64,000 nt of DNA from Spirochaetaceae bacterium (GTDB taxonomy: Bacteria > Spirochaetota > Spirochaetia > DSM-2461): NCBI GenBank assembly GCA_965224705.1, contig OZ245056.1, positions 2,752,001 through 2,816,000 of the forward strand, read 5' to 3'. Within the stretch, counting starts at the first letter, position 1. Each line of letters opens with the position of its first letter. Positions 1 to 10,901 of this stretch are shown here, in pieces. The translations under genes and the position numbers were made by a program. The notes below the pieces were generated by a model. The model saw nothing but the letters and a program-made list of their open reading frames with translations. It had not been told where the DNA came from and ran no database searches.

Positions 1-280
1 TATGAAAGACAATGGAGTCAACGCCGGCATCAGCAAATGCATCGACATGGGATGCAGGCCGATTGACCATGAGATGCGCATCCAATGGTAAATCGGTGAT
101 TGTTCTCACCGATTTGGCCATTTGCGATCCAAAGGATATTACCGGTACAAAGGATCCATCCATGATGTCAAGATGTATCATATCCGCTCCTGCCTCTTCC
201 GCAAGAGCAACTTCAGAGCGAATATTGGTGAAGTCTGCCGCCAAAAGTGATGGAGCGATGAGTCTATTTCTTTCTGGCAT
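1..280 (-). CDS. rpe: Ribulose-phosphate 3-epimerase, 5' part (runs off window start)
   Basis: Manual translation from ATG 280: MPERNRLIAPSLLAADF...HLDIMDGSFVP...LDAHLMV; IAPS, HxDxMDGxFVP and DxHLMV are Rpe motifs. Not in the ORF track because it is truncated. Confidence 0.95.
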   Translation of the reverse strand, partial: MPERNRLIAPSLLAADFTNIRSEVALAEEAGADMIHLDIMDGSFVPVISFGSQMAKSVRTITDLPLDAHLMVNRPASHVDAFADAGVDSIVFH

Positions 281-328
281 GAATAAGATTATAGTTTTTC
301 AGGGCTTCCGATCCAAGACCATGATCGA

Positions 329-357
329 TTGACCCTACACTTATCTATTGATATACT
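329..357 (+). promoter_or_regulatory. Sigma70-type promoter TTGACC-17-TATACT with extended -10 TG
   Basis: TTGACC 329-334, TG 349-350, TATACT 352-357, upstream of ATG 381. Confidence 0.6.
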
Positions 358-380
358 CAGATTGTAAGGTTAATACAGGA

Positions 381-1328
381 ATGCTGACAGGACAATCGAA
401 AAGTATTGAAATTGAAGAGCTGAAAAAACAAATCTGCAGCTGCTTTCAAATCGGCGACTTGTTTGAGGCTGGAAAACTGCTGAACAGGGCTCATGCCCTT
501 GATTTCAATGACAAGGAGATCAAAGTGGCCATGAGTGCCTGTGGGTTCTGGGATCAGCGGGTTCAGAATGTATCCAGTATAGCCTGTGATGGAGCACGCG
601 GGGATTTCTTCCGTTATCAATGGAGAGTGTTTGAGGCGCATTACAAACAGAAGAGGGAGCATTCTCTGGATGAAGGATTCTCATCTCTCAAATTCTGGGT
701 TCACAGTGAAGCATTGAAATACTATCAAGATCAAATCAAGGCCACAGGGGATGAGGATGCAATTCTGCGGGCATCCATCTGTTTGAAGATGCTTGGACAT
801 TATGATGAAGCTATTGAAAATCTTGAGTATATTCTGAGAATAAGCAATACTGGAAATGTGAGCTGCATGGCTGAACTCGCTGATGTATATATGCTAATTG
901 GAGAGGCTACCGCCGGTAAGGCTTTGATACGTGAAGCCTTGTTTCTTGATGCCCCGAAGGTGGAAATGAATAGTTTAACATCACCTTTGTTCAGAAAAAT
1001 GATAGAACTCCTGGAAACAGAATTGTCTGCAGATTCAGAGGTTTTCAATTATTGGCTTCCAGTGTACGGTGTTGTATGGGGAGGATTTGATGTTAAACGA
1101 GAGCTCAGCGAAGCTGAATATGAGAAGCTTAACCAGGTGATTTACGCACTATCCAGTGAAATTGCCGACGGCGATAAGAGCGGACGGCTGACACCTCAAT
1201 TGATCAATGCATACTTCAGGCTGGCTGATCACTATCAGCTCTCTGGAGCAGATCGATCTCTCATTGAAGAAACATTGATAAACATCAAGTTCTTTGCACC
1301 TGAATTTTACCGAAAACATTTTAGATAG
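381..1328 (+). CDS. Hypothetical alpha-helical/TPR-like protein
   Basis: 326-aa ORF; the TTG at 348 overlaps the promoter, so ATG 381 is preferred; TPR-like segment LGHYDEAIENLE. Confidence 0.7.
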   Translation: MLTGQSKSIEIEELKKQICSCFQIGDLFEAGKLLNRAHALDFNDKEIKVAMSACGFWDQRVQNVSSIACDGARGDFFRYQWRVFEAHYKQKREHSLDEGFSSLKFWVHSEALKYYQDQIKATGDEDAILRASICLKMLGHYDEAIENLEYILRISNTGNVSCMAELADVYMLIGEATAGKALIREALFLDAPKVEMNSLTSPLFRKMIELLETELSADSEVFNYWLPVYGVVWGGFDVKRELSEAEYEKLNQVIYALSSEIADGDKSGRLTPQLINAYFRLADHYQLSGADRSLIEETLINIKFFAPEFYRKHFR

Positions 1329-1345
1329 ACAGCCAGGGAGGCCAG

Positions 1346-4051
1346 ATGCCTGAAAAATTAGTCGAAAACATCGTCGGAATGCTCAATGAGGAGAAATGGA
1401 CAAGGGCAACTCTTAACGATTATGCCGTGAGCAATTTCCAGACCCTTGATAGTTTAATTGAACAGATCCTGGCTGAAAATCATCAGGATGAGATTAAGAG
1501 CCTTTGTGAGGAGCATCTTGAGCATACAAAGAACAGTTTCGCGGCCCTTTATATCTGTGGTATTATATCCTTAAGCAAGCATCAGGTAGATGACACACAC
1601 CTGCTCCATCTAATCAGTATTTTTGCGGACAACCACAAGTGGTCCGCAGTGAGATATCTATGCCAGCGCATATTGGATTTCGGTGAGAACAAAGATGCAC
1701 TGAAGATTCTGGCCGAAACTCTGGAACATTTGAACCTCCCTCAGAACATGCAGGATATATGGGAGAGACTCATCAAAGTCGACTTCTCTGAAACAGACAT
1801 TGTGAAGCGGCTGGCTGAGATGAAAGAAGCAAATGATGATCTGGAAGGCGCTGTATTGTATTACAGAAAGGCCATCCACAGATATGTCAATAAGAACCAG
1901 TATAATCATGTAAAAGATACCTGGAAGAAACTGATAGAACTTGGAGTAGATGATTATGAATTCTTCTTCCTGATTGAAAAGAAAGTGGCTAAATCAATGT
2001 CTCCAGACCGGGCCGTCAATCTTCTTGAAGCATTATATCCTGCCATCAAGGAACAGGAGGAGTGGGCTGTCGCCATTGAAGTCCTGAAAAAGATTCTCAA
2101 TTATGATGGACGCAATAACTGGGCAAGACTGGAAATCATTGAGTGCTATAAAAACAGGTATGCTTCTCACAGTCAGGTTGATGAGTGTATAAAGCTTTCC
2201 AATCTGAATCAAAACTGGCGTAATGTACTGGAAGCCATAGCTGATTTTGAAAAACACATATCGTTTGATACCGGAAGTTTTGTTTTTCACAATACATGGG
2301 GTGTCGGAATTATTAAAACTATCAAGGACGACAGGATTACTATTGACTTTGCCAAAAAGCGGGCTCATGGTATGTCATTGAAAATGGCTGTTGGGGCACT
2401 TCAGAGTCTTGCCAATGACCATATCTGGGTTTTAAAAAGTCTGCATGTCAGAGAAGATCTTAGATTGAAGGTTAAGAAGGATGTTCCCTGGGCATTGAAG
2501 ACTATTATCCGCAGTTTTGACAATGTCGCTGATATAAAAAAGATCAAAAGTGAACTCGTTCCCACAATCCTTTCTGCCGGTGAATGGACAACATGGAGTA
2601 TTCAGGCAAGAAAGCATCTGAAAACTGATCCGATATTCGGCAATGTCCCCGATCAGCTGGATCAATTTGTTGTCCGTGATAATCCAATGAGTTTTGAAGA
2701 GAAAGCTTTTAATCAATTCAAAGCGGAGAAAGACTTCTTTGGAAAAATCCAGTACGCAAGAGAATTCATGGAACACAGCGACAGGGATTCAGAATTTTTT
2801 GGTGAAGTGTTCAGTTATTTCAGAGCGTTTCTCAATTCAGGTACAATAACACCGCAGCTGGTGGCCAGTTATTTATTCCTTGAAAAACTCAGTATAGACA
2901 GCCCCCATCTGAATCCAAATTTGAATTGGGGCTTTAAAGAGCTCTGGGCTGACATAGAAGAACCGGTAGAAATATTTTCTCAAATTGAAGATGCTGATAT
3001 TCGCATGTATTATCTTGAAGCTGTTCACAAGCACATTGAAGACTGGCCGGAAATCTACCTGAATCTCTTTCCTGTACAGCTCTCAGACAGCATGCTGAAG
3101 CTTCTGTCTGAATCTGGCTACAAAAAAGATGTCATAAAGAAACTTGAAGAGATCATTGAACACTACAGGGAGTATCGCGAAGGTTTGATCTGGATAGCTC
3201 AACATGCAGCAGACAATCAGTGGCTGAGTGAATTCAAACTGGATATTTCAAAGATTCTTATCAATATGATTCGTCTTCTTGATCTTACATTTAATGAAAT
3301 AGATAACAGACAGGAAGTGAGCAGCAACCGAAAACTGAATCGGCGGATACAAAAATATTTGTTTAAAGAAGAAAAACTGAAGGCGTTCATTGCTGATGAG
3401 GATGTAAACTTTGCCACGAGAATATTTTCATTACTTGAAGGAATAAACAAACTGGATCCCGTACTCAAGCGTGATCTCAAAGACATGGTCCAGAACTTAT
3501 TCCCCGACATTAAACTTTACGGGGAGAAGCAGGAAAGTGAATCACAAATTACAGCATCATCGCGTTACTTCTACACAACCCGGACAAGTTTAGCCGCAAA
3601 GCAAAAAGAGCTTAAGCATATTCTTGAAGTGGAGATTCCCAATAACTCGAAAGAAATCGGGATTGCCATTGAACTGGGTGATCTGAGTGAAAATGCTGAG
3701 TACAAGGCAGGAAAGGAAAAACAGGAATCTTTACAGCTTCATGTTGGTCGACTCAAGGATGAGATAGAAAGGGCACGGCTGTTCCCGGAGAAAGATCGTA
3801 TTGCTGGTAAAATCGGGTTTGGTACTGTGCTCATCCTGGACGACATGGTGGAATCCAGGGAGGAGACATACACTATCCTTGGGCCCTGGGAATCTGATCC
3901 ATCGGCGAAGACAATATCCTATCTTTCTCCGTTTGGACGTAATCTCATTGGTAAAAGTGAAGGAGATTTCCTGGAGTTCGCTATAAATGACAGAAACTAC
4001 AAGTTCTCAGTAAAAAGTGTCACTCCGATGACCTTGTCCCAGGAAGCTTAA
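1346..4051 (+). CDS. greA: Transcription elongation factor GreA, long spirochete form
   Basis: C-terminal GDLSENAEY and ISYLSPFGRNLIG GreA motifs after a ~740-aa N-terminal extension. Confidence 0.9.
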   Translation: MPEKLVENIVGMLNEEKWTRATLNDYAVSNFQTLDSLIEQILAENHQDEIKSLCEEHLEHTKNSFAALYICGIISLSKHQVDDTHLLHLISIFADNHKWSAVRYLCQRILDFGENKDALKILAETLEHLNLPQNMQDIWERLIKVDFSETDIVKRLAEMKEANDDLEGAVLYYRKAIHRYVNKNQYNHVKDTWKKLIELGVDDYEFFFLIEKKVAKSMSPDRAVNLLEALYPAIKEQEEWAVAIEVLKKILNYDGRNNWARLEIIECYKNRYASHSQVDECIKLSNLNQNWRNVLEAIADFEKHISFDTGSFVFHNTWGVGIIKTIKDDRITIDFAKKRAHGMSLKMAVGALQSLANDHIWVLKSLHVREDLRLKVKKDVPWALKTIIRSFDNVADIKKIKSELVPTILSAGEWTTWSIQARKHLKTDPIFGNVPDQLDQFVVRDNPMSFEEKAFNQFKAEKDFFGKIQYAREFMEHSDRDSEFFGEVFSYFRAFLNSGTITPQLVASYLFLEKLSIDSPHLNPNLNWGFKELWADIEEPVEIFSQIEDADIRMYYLEAVHKHIEDWPEIYLNLFPVQLSDSMLKLLSESGYKKDVIKKLEEIIEHYREYREGLIWIAQHAADNQWLSEFKLDISKILINMIRLLDLTFNEIDNRQEVSSNRKLNRRIQKYLFKEEKLKAFIADEDVNFATRIFSLLEGINKLDPVLKRDLKDMVQNLFPDIKLYGEKQESESQITASSRYFYTTRTSLAAKQKELKHILEVEIPNNSKEIGIAIELGDLSENAEYKAGKEKQESLQLHVGRLKDEIERARLFPEKDRIAGKIGFGTVLILDDMVESREETYTILGPWESDPSAKTISYLSPFGRNLIGKSEGDFLEFAINDRNYKFSVKSVTPMTLSQEA

Positions 4052-5366
4052 CTTCACGGCGAATACGGCCATCGACGCCTTCCGCATCCAGAGCTTTGAT
4101 CTTCTCCTCCATTCCCAGATGGTTCCGCCTGATGCCTCTGACAGCATAAACGACAATGAGCCAGTTGCTATGTGTCAGCATTCGCTCATAGAGTGGTGAT
4201 AATTCAGACCAGTCTGCTAATGACAATTCCCTGCTTGTAAACTCAAAGAAACGGTTCTGATCCTCTTCCCACAGTTCATTGATCACAGTTTCCAGTGCAT
4301 CAACTGTACCGGGTACTTTGTTATTGATGAGTGCATTGATACCAGCCAGCCTTGATTCCGTATCATATTGCTCATTGACTATGTAGTCGAAGAGGAAATC
4401 ATGGGTGTCCCTGTCGCCTGTGGCAGCAAGGGATCCAAGTGATGCGATACGGACCTGTTTTACAGGGTCTTTGACTGCTTTGTATTGTAGAAGTGCTTGA
4501 ATATCCTTTGAATCCTGGCCAGTAAGCTTCTCAGCAGCCGTTACTCTGATTCTCCAGAATGAATCCCTCTTCAAAGCCTGAACAAGGACTGGCGTGATAT
4601 CCTGTCCTTCAAATTCGGCTAATCCAGCCAATGCATAGGAGCGGAGTATTGAGTCGGAATCATTCTCCAGATAGACTCGCTCAATGACTGGATAATCCTC
4701 CCTGCGGCCAATCTTCCCCAGGGATATACAGGCAATACGGCGCTGCACCACCGGAGATCCTTCATTCTCCATGATATACAGGAGCTCATCTCCAGCTTGT
4801 TCATAACGTAAATCACCTAATGCCGTTATGAGAGCAATGGCTAACTCATCTTCCGCTGCGGTATCAAGATTTTTCAGCCGATCAAGAAGTGTCTGCGCAA
4901 TATTTTTGTCACTGACGGCACCTGTTTTCCCCAGGGCTCTCACCGCATATTCAGCTATGGAAGAATTTCGATCTTCCGTGAGTTTCAACAGCACATCTGT
5001 TGATTCAATGTCCTTCATTTCCGCAATATAGGTTAACGCACTCCGGGATACATCCTCTGAGAAATCCAGATCCTGAATAATCCTGTCAAGTTCTTCCCTT
5101 GCGAAGGGTAATCCTGCTTCATATTCAGTTTCTTCCCACAATCTGAATATCCCCTGGAGTATTTGCGGGTTACGGGTTTCTGGAAGGATTTCTGCCAACA
5201 GTTCATTATACGAAGCAATTTTATCATGAGTGAGATCTCCCAGAACAGAAATCACATCATTCTCAATACCGTAGCGGAGAATCTGTTCTCGGGCATCTTT
5301 TTCCTGAGAGTGCAGTAAAACTGGAATGAAGCACAGGATTATAACCTGAATTTTATGCATATTCAT
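4020..5366 (-). CDS. HEAT-repeat protein with signal peptide
   Basis: Repeated AxxALG motifs (AVRALGK, LITALGD, ACISLGK, IRVTAAEKL); hydrophobic N-terminus. Confidence 0.75.
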   Translation of the reverse strand: MNMHKIQVIILCFIPVLLHSQEKDAREQILRYGIENDVISVLGDLTHDKIASYNELLAEILPETRNPQILQGIFRLWEETEYEAGLPFAREELDRIIQDLDFSEDVSRSALTYIAEMKDIESTDVLLKLTEDRNSSIAEYAVRALGKTGAVSDKNIAQTLLDRLKNLDTAAEDELAIALITALGDLRYEQAGDELLYIMENEGSPVVQRRIACISLGKIGRREDYPVIERVYLENDSDSILRSYALAGLAEFEGQDITPVLVQALKRDSFWRIRVTAAEKLTGQDSKDIQALLQYKAVKDPVKQVRIASLGSLAATGDRDTHDFLFDYIVNEQYDTESRLAGINALINNKVPGTVDALETVINELWEEDQNRFFEFTSRELSLADWSELSPLYERMLTHSNWLIVVYAVRGIRRNHLGMEEKIKALDAEGVDGRIRREVKLPGTRSSE

Positions 5367-6922
5367 TTCTTCTTCTTAAACAGTATCGACACAATTTCAA
5401 CCTTCATCCAGATATACAGGCTTAGAATAACCGCTGCCGCTCCCCCTCCCACAGATATCAGTATCCAGAGATTTTTCCATGTACTTCCTTCCTTCCACCA
5501 CCGGGATCCCAGGGAGTAATGAGCTGCTATAATAACAAATGAACCACATATACAGGCAAGGATAATTTTCCCCGCGAATCGCAGTGTAATTCCCTTTATA
5601 CTGAATCCCATGGTTTGCCTGATCAGAACGTACTGCAGCAAAGTCCCAATAAAAAATGCCAGAGTATTGGCCCATGCAAGCGATTGGCTGCCGCCATTAA
5701 ACCTGAATACAAACAGCAGGGAGAGGAAGACATCAATGCCAACAGTAGCAAGAGCACAGTAAAAGGGTTTTCGAATCTGATTGACTGCATAGAATGCGCG
5801 CTGAGTGATATTGAAGATTCCAATAAATGGCATTCCCATGGAGTATGCCAGGAGAACTCGTCCTGTGAGGACGGTGTCTTCAAATTTAAACGCCCCCCGC
5901 TGAAATGCTACCGCAATAAGAGGTTTTCCCAGAGTCATCATCAATAAGGCTGAAGGAAGGAGAAGGGCCCAGAGATTTCTGTAGCCAAAACCAAGGCTTT
6001 CACAGATACCCTGATTATCATGTGAAGCTGCCTGAAGACTCATTTTCGGATATAAGACAGTGGTAATGGATGCTGAGAATATCCCAAAGGGCAGCTGGTA
6101 AAAAACAATGGCATAGGAGATAGATGAGGCACTTTTGTCCGGCAGAAATGAAGCCAGCAACATGGCAATTTGGTTATTGACAACAAACAGCGACGATATA
6201 AGCAGCATTGGAAGCCATCTTTTCATTACCATACGAAAATTGGCATTATCAAATCTAAAAATGGGTCTCAAGTTATACTTGAGTTTACGGTAGCCTGGAT
6301 ACTGCAATAGAATCTGTCCTGTTCCACCCGCCAGCACGCCAAAGGCTATGGACATGGCTCCCCATGAAGAATAACTGACTGCCAGACTGACGATAACGCA
6401 GATTGAAAACATCAGGGGTGCAGCGGCTGGTATGAAAAACCTGCCATGAGTATTGTGAACGGCCATCATGACAGCACTGATTGAGACAAATAACAGGTAT
6501 GGCATGGTCCATCGGAACAAAGTCGCACTGAGTTCCTTTTTCGCAGGATCCGAGAAATTTTCAAAAATCCTTACTGCCTGTTCGGGAAAAAATGTCGATA
6601 CGGTCAGTAGTGGAAGAATGAAAGCCAATTGAAGTCCCAGAATTGTACTCACCAGTGTTCTTGACCTTCTCCTGGTGGGATCGATTGTTATAAGCCGTGA
6701 CAATTCCGGGATGAAGGCTGTTGACAATGCTCCTTCCGCGAGAAGTTTTCTTAGATTGTTTGGAATGCTGAACACCAGATTGATCACATCCGCAGTGCCG
6801 CCAGCCCCAAACAATGCCCCAATCACGGCTGTTCTGACAAATCCCAGAATGCGGCTCGCCAGAGTGCACCCCATAACCAGAACAGTGTTGACGGCACTCT
6901 TTCGATGTGTAGAATCATTCAT
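5363..6922 (-). CDS. murJ: Lipid II flippase MurJ (MviN)
   Basis: SRILGFVR, IPNNLRKLLAEGAL and YQLPFGIF motifs; many transmembrane segments. Confidence 0.93.
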   Translation of the reverse strand: MNDSTHRKSAVNTVLVMGCTLASRILGFVRTAVIGALFGAGGTADVINLVFSIPNNLRKLLAEGALSTAFIPELSRLITIDPTRRRSRTLVSTILGLQLAFILPLLTVSTFFPEQAVRIFENFSDPAKKELSATLFRWTMPYLLFVSISAVMMAVHNTHGRFFIPAAAPLMFSICVIVSLAVSYSSWGAMSIAFGVLAGGTGQILLQYPGYRKLKYNLRPIFRFDNANFRMVMKRWLPMLLISSLFVVNNQIAMLLASFLPDKSASSISYAIVFYQLPFGIFSASITTVLYPKMSLQAASHDNQGICESLGFGYRNLWALLLPSALLMMTLGKPLIAVAFQRGAFKFEDTVLTGRVLLAYSMGMPFIGIFNITQRAFYAVNQIRKPFYCALATVGIDVFLSLLFVFRFNGGSQSLAWANTLAFFIGTLLQYVLIRQTMGFSIKGITLRFAGKIILACICGSFVIIAAHYSLGSRWWKEGSTWKNLWILISVGGGAAAVILSLYIWMKVEIVSILFKKKK

Positions 6923-8039
6923 TCCCGCTGTCCTGAAAACGCTCTAGAAAACTATTCTTGTAGGCAGTGAATTCTCCGTCCGTTATGGCATTTCTAACTT
7001 CCTCCATCATTGTATAAATAAACTGGAGATTATGCTGAGTAACAAGCATGGGGCCCAGAATTTCTCTGGTAACGAATAAATGGCGCAGATATCCCCGGCT
7101 GTAATTCTGACATGCCGGACAAATACAGTCATCCATAACAGGTGCTGTGTCATGACGAAATCTCGTATTCTTGAGATTTAACATGCCATTATATGTAAAA
7201 CAGGTGCCATTACGGGCAACTCTGGTTGGGTATACGCAGTCAAACAGGTCTATTCCAGCCTCAACAGCTTCCAGCATATAGCCAGGAGTACCGATTCCCA
7301 TCACATACTTAGGTTTCTCCGGGGGTAGGAAGGGGGCTGTGTAGTGAAGAAATTCTTTGAAAACTTCAGGCTCTTCGCCAACGGATAATCCACCAATGGC
7401 ATAGCCGGGTAAATCCAGTTCCCCAAGCTGCCGGGCACTTTCTTCCCTCAGAGAATAAAAAAAATTACCCTGAACAATTCCAAACAATACTCCCCCGTAT
7501 TCTGTTTGTTTTTCAAGCCAATGCCTTTTTGCTCTTTTTGCCCAGGTTGAAGTAAGTTTCATTGCTTTCACAGCTTCTTCTTCACTGATTCCCGGCGGAG
7601 TGCAGACATCAAGCTGCATTTGAATATCACTGCCCAGGTAACACTGGATATCAACAACTGACTCGGGAGTTAAACTGTGTAGAGAACCGTCAATATGAGA
7701 TCGGAAATCAACTCCTTTTTCACTGATTTTCCGGAAAGGTGCCAGTGAAAAGATTTGAAATCCTCCAGAATCCGTCAGAATATTGCGGTTCCATGAGGAA
7801 AACTCATGTAAATTCCCATAACTCCTGATGACATCCATTCCAGGCCGGAGGTACAGATGGTATGTATTCCCCAATATGATTTCATAGCCCATATCCAACA
7901 ATGATGCATGGAGCATGGCTTTTACAGTCCCATTGGTACCGACTGGCATAAAAGCAGGTAATTGAAGACTGCCATGAGCCAGATGGAGCTGTCCTGTTCT
8001 TGCCTGAGAGTTTTTATCCTGGGCATATATGGAAATCAT
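6915..8039 (-). CDS. tgt: tRNA-guanine transglycosylase
   Basis: FMPVGT, NTYHL, TDSGGFQ, DCVYPTR and CxCxxC zinc site; start ATG 8039 overlaps the lptG stop (TAATG). Confidence 0.95.
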   Translation of the reverse strand: MISIYAQDKNSQARTGQLHLAHGSLQLPAFMPVGTNGTVKAMLHASLLDMGYEIILGNTYHLYLRPGMDVIRSYGNLHEFSSWNRNILTDSGGFQIFSLAPFRKISEKGVDFRSHIDGSLHSLTPESVVDIQCYLGSDIQMQLDVCTPPGISEEEAVKAMKLTSTWAKRAKRHWLEKQTEYGGVLFGIVQGNFFYSLREESARQLGELDLPGYAIGGLSVGEEPEVFKEFLHYTAPFLPPEKPKYVMGIGTPGYMLEAVEAGIDLFDCVYPTRVARNGTCFTYNGMLNLKNTRFRHDTAPVMDDCICPACQNYSRGYLRHLFVTREILGPMLVTQHNLQFIYTMMEEVRNAITDGEFTAYKNSFLERFQDSGNE

Positions 8040-9121
8040 TATCGGGAATTTGCGGTCCTGAGAAACCATATACCGAAACCCAGAAACAGTAGATAGGGGA
8101 CCACAGCTCCTGTTAATGGTTCGATATAACCCAATTCCGATATAAGTGTGGCAATCATACGAAAAATGTACCATGCAGCGGATAAACCCAGACTGACCAG
8201 AAGACTCATCAGAAGGATATTGCGCTTGAAACGACCACCAAGAGCACCTGCGAATAGAACAACAAGCAATGGAGTTAGTGCAATTGAATATCGCTGGTAC
8301 AACCTGGCCTGATGCCCTTTGTACGGCAGTCCTGCTGTTCTTTGAGTTTTAATCCAGAGCTGAGCTTCACGATTCGTCATTTCTTCCAGTTCCCGGGTGT
8401 CCAATTTGAAGGTATCGGGCTCTTCCACCAGCAACTCGTCAGAGTAAATACCTATATGCTTCTGCACAATCTCCCCCCCTTCTTCACTGAACACTCGACA
8501 GGCTTCCAGCTGCCATCTTTTGTTCTCCGAATCCCATAACCCCCGCTGTGCATCAATACGTTTTTGAAAATTCCCTTCTGAATCCTGGATGATAATAGTG
8601 ATTCCTGTGAGAGTTTTATTCTCAGCATTATAATAATCTGCAAAGTAAACAACCTGGCCCTCCATGGAAATAGCAACTGCCTGAGATCGGCTGCTTGAAG
8701 TCTGGATATCAAGTAGTTCTTTTGAAAGCTTATTTCTTTCCTTAAAAAGTGGTATGACCAGCCGGTCTTCAAAAAAATATCCTCCAATACTGACGAACAA
8801 GGCAACGAGAAGAATGGGCATCGTAAAACGAATTAAAGGAACGCCGGATCCAAATACAGCAATAAGCTCATTTCGAGCTCCAAGATTACCAAGGGCAAAA
8901 GCAGCCGCAAACATGGAGCCGATAGGCAGTGCGAAAGAAATAGCCTTCGGACCATAGAGTAAACTGACAACGATGGCCTTTGAGAACGGAACTTCCTTAT
9001 TGAGATACTGCCAGAGATTCGCAAAGACATCCGCAAGAACAAGTATCAAACCAAAGAAAAGAACACCCAGAAAAAGGAAGGGTATGAATTCCATAAGTAG
9101 CTGCCGCCGGAACATTCTCAT
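8039..9121 (-). CDS. lptG: LptF/LptG-family permease
   Basis: RNELIAVFGSG motif; 3 TM + periplasmic domain + 3 TM; start ATG 9121 overlaps the upstream stop (ATGA). Confidence 0.8.
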   Translation of the reverse strand: MRMFRRQLLMEFIPFLFLGVLFFGLILVLADVFANLWQYLNKEVPFSKAIVVSLLYGPKAISFALPIGSMFAAAFALGNLGARNELIAVFGSGVPLIRFTMPILLVALFVSIGGYFFEDRLVIPLFKERNKLSKELLDIQTSSSRSQAVAISMEGQVVYFADYYNAENKTLTGITIIIQDSEGNFQKRIDAQRGLWDSENKRWQLEACRVFSEEGGEIVQKHIGIYSDELLVEEPDTFKLDTRELEEMTNREAQLWIKTQRTAGLPYKGHQARLYQRYSIALTPLLVVLFAGALGGRFKRNILLMSLLVSLGLSAAWYIFRMIATLISELGYIEPLTGAVVPYLLFLGFGIWFLRTANSR

Positions 9122-10407
9122 ACGCGGTTTCTTTTTGGATAGAGTGCGATTCCGGCCAGCAGCAGCAAAATGTCTGGTAAGGCCATAACCACGAAAGGCG
9201 ATATCTCGGATCTTAAACCCAGAGATCGTCCAAGTACCAACAGGCTCCAATAAAATGTTGCCAGTAGCAAACCAACAAAAAATCCAACAGCTCGCCCCCC
9301 CCTTCGAGCCGTTAAACCTAATGGAAAGGCCAGAACAACAAAAGGGATGCAGGCAAATGGTATTGCATATTTCTGGTAAAACTCAAGGGTCCATACCTGC
9401 AGGGAATGATCACCAGGTTCATCAGCAAGGAGGGAAGCATATTCAGCACTATGTTCCATGACACTTGTTTTGATTTCTTCTCGATTATCAACCTCACTCA
9501 TGGATAATGCTGCATAGTTAAGCGAAATTGACCATAGTGAAATATCTTTTTTCATTTTGTGATCGGTCTGACGTTGTTGGAAGGTTTGTCTTTTTTCTTT
9601 GACCACTTTACGAACAGCTGAAGCTCTCATGGATGCCGGTCCAGTCTGTTGACTGACAATGGTCGATGCATCTGAGAACGGACGATATTCCATCGATTCA
9701 GCTCGGCTCCAACTCCATTTCCCCCTATCTTTACTATCCGGGATCAGAGTAAATACTTCAAACATATTGAAGCCGGGTATTTTACCCAGTTTACCCTGGA
9801 TATCCGGTGCGGCCAGTTTTGTCATCAGTGTTGAACGATTACCTGAATTATCATTCTCAATGATAATGAGCGGGTGAATCCCTGTTTCATCAATGTCACC
9901 TGTTACCAGAGTTGAGTTTTTGAATTTTCTTACGGCATGTTCTTCGAGTTCCAGTCCGGGATTGGTTAAGGTTAACTCAAGCCACAGCTTCTGGAAAGCC
10001 CTATTTCCTGCCGGCAAAAGAAAGTCATTGGTTATGAAGGATAAAAAGGCCAGGGTTATTCCCAGAACGAGAACAGGACGAAATATAACAAAGAAATTGA
10101 ATCCCAGAGACCGCATGGCCAGAATTTCATTCTCAGAGGAGAACTGACCATAGGCCATAAGTGTTGCCGTCAAAGTGGCAAATGGCACAGCCAATGTTAT
10201 AAAGGTTGGAAGTGAATAAAAAATCAGGAGAAGCACTGATGGCAGGGGGATGCCTTTAGCCAGAATCTGCTTTGCAAGAAGGAGTAAATGGTTCAGTAAA
10301 AAGATAAAAAAATAAAACAGGAAGCACACGAAAAAAGAAAAAAGAAATTCACCTGCAATATAGTTTTCAAGCTGTCTGTAGTATTTAGTTGTAATTCTTT
10401 TTTTCAC
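9118..10407 (-). CDS. lptF: LptF/LptG-family permease
   Basis: SENEILAMRSLG and KYAIPFAC motifs; start uncertain (GTG 10407 chosen). Confidence 0.8.
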   Translation of the reverse strand: MKKRITTKYYRQLENYIAGEFLFSFFVCFLFYFFIFLLNHLLLLAKQILAKGIPLPSVLLLIFYSLPTFITLAVPFATLTATLMAYGQFSSENEILAMRSLGFNFFVIFRPVLVLGITLAFLSFITNDFLLPAGNRAFQKLWLELTLTNPGLELEEHAVRKFKNSTLVTGDIDETGIHPLIIIENDNSGNRSTLMTKLAAPDIQGKLGKIPGFNMFEVFTLIPDSKDRGKWSWSRAESMEYRPFSDASTIVSQQTGPASMRASAVRKVVKEKRQTFQQRQTDHKMKKDISLWSISLNYAALSMSEVDNREEIKTSVMEHSAEYASLLADEPGDHSLQVWTLEFYQKYAIPFACIPFVVLAFPLGLTARRGGRAVGFFVGLLLATFYWSLLVLGRSLGLRSEISPFVVMALPDILLLLAGIALYPKRNRV

Positions 10408-10435
10408 TGCAAGTCTCTGGATTGATAACCAAATG

Positions 10436-10897
10436 TCATATTCCAGTAGAACCGAACCCCCCGGCACCACGATCTGAATCAGGGAGTGATCCTGTGAATT
10501 GAAAAACGGCCTGAGGGGCTTGAGTTATCACTATTTGAGCAATTCGCTGACCAGGTTCAATCTCAACAGTATCCTCTCCATGATTAATCAGAATAACCCG
10601 GATTTCCCCCCTATAGTCAGCATCAATTGTACCGGGACTGTTGAGAAGGGTAATTCCCTTTTTCCAGGCCAGCCCTGAACGCGGTCTTATCTGCCCTTCC
10701 CAGCCTGGGGGAATGGCAAGGCTGATGCCAGTTGGTATTAACACACGCTGACCTGGTTTTACTTTGACATGAGTTTCAATACTGGCCCTGAGATCAGCAC
10801 CTGCCGCATGTAAACTGGCATATTGCGGGGCACTTTCCTGTGGACCTGTGTATGGAATTCTGACGCTCTCAGAACCAACCTGTTCCTTCTGTTTCAT
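10436..10897 (-). CDS. dut: dUTP diphosphatase
   Basis: AGADL, IRPRSGLA, GTIDADYRGE and RGAGGFGSTG motifs. Confidence 0.96.
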   Translation of the reverse strand: MKQKEQVGSESVRIPYTGPQESAPQYASLHAAGADLRASIETHVKVKPGQRVLIPTGISLAIPPGWEGQIRPRSGLAWKKGITLLNSPGTIDADYRGEIRVILINHGEDTVEIEPGQRIAQIVITQAPQAVFQFTGSLPDSDRGAGGFGSTGI

Positions 10898-10901
10898 GCG
10901 A

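Noticed and set aside
12..332. + strand 106-aa ORF
   Set aside because: Antisense shadow of rpe.
1346..4051. 901-aa GreA as a novel fusion
   Set aside because: Long N-terminally extended GreA is already known in spirochetes.
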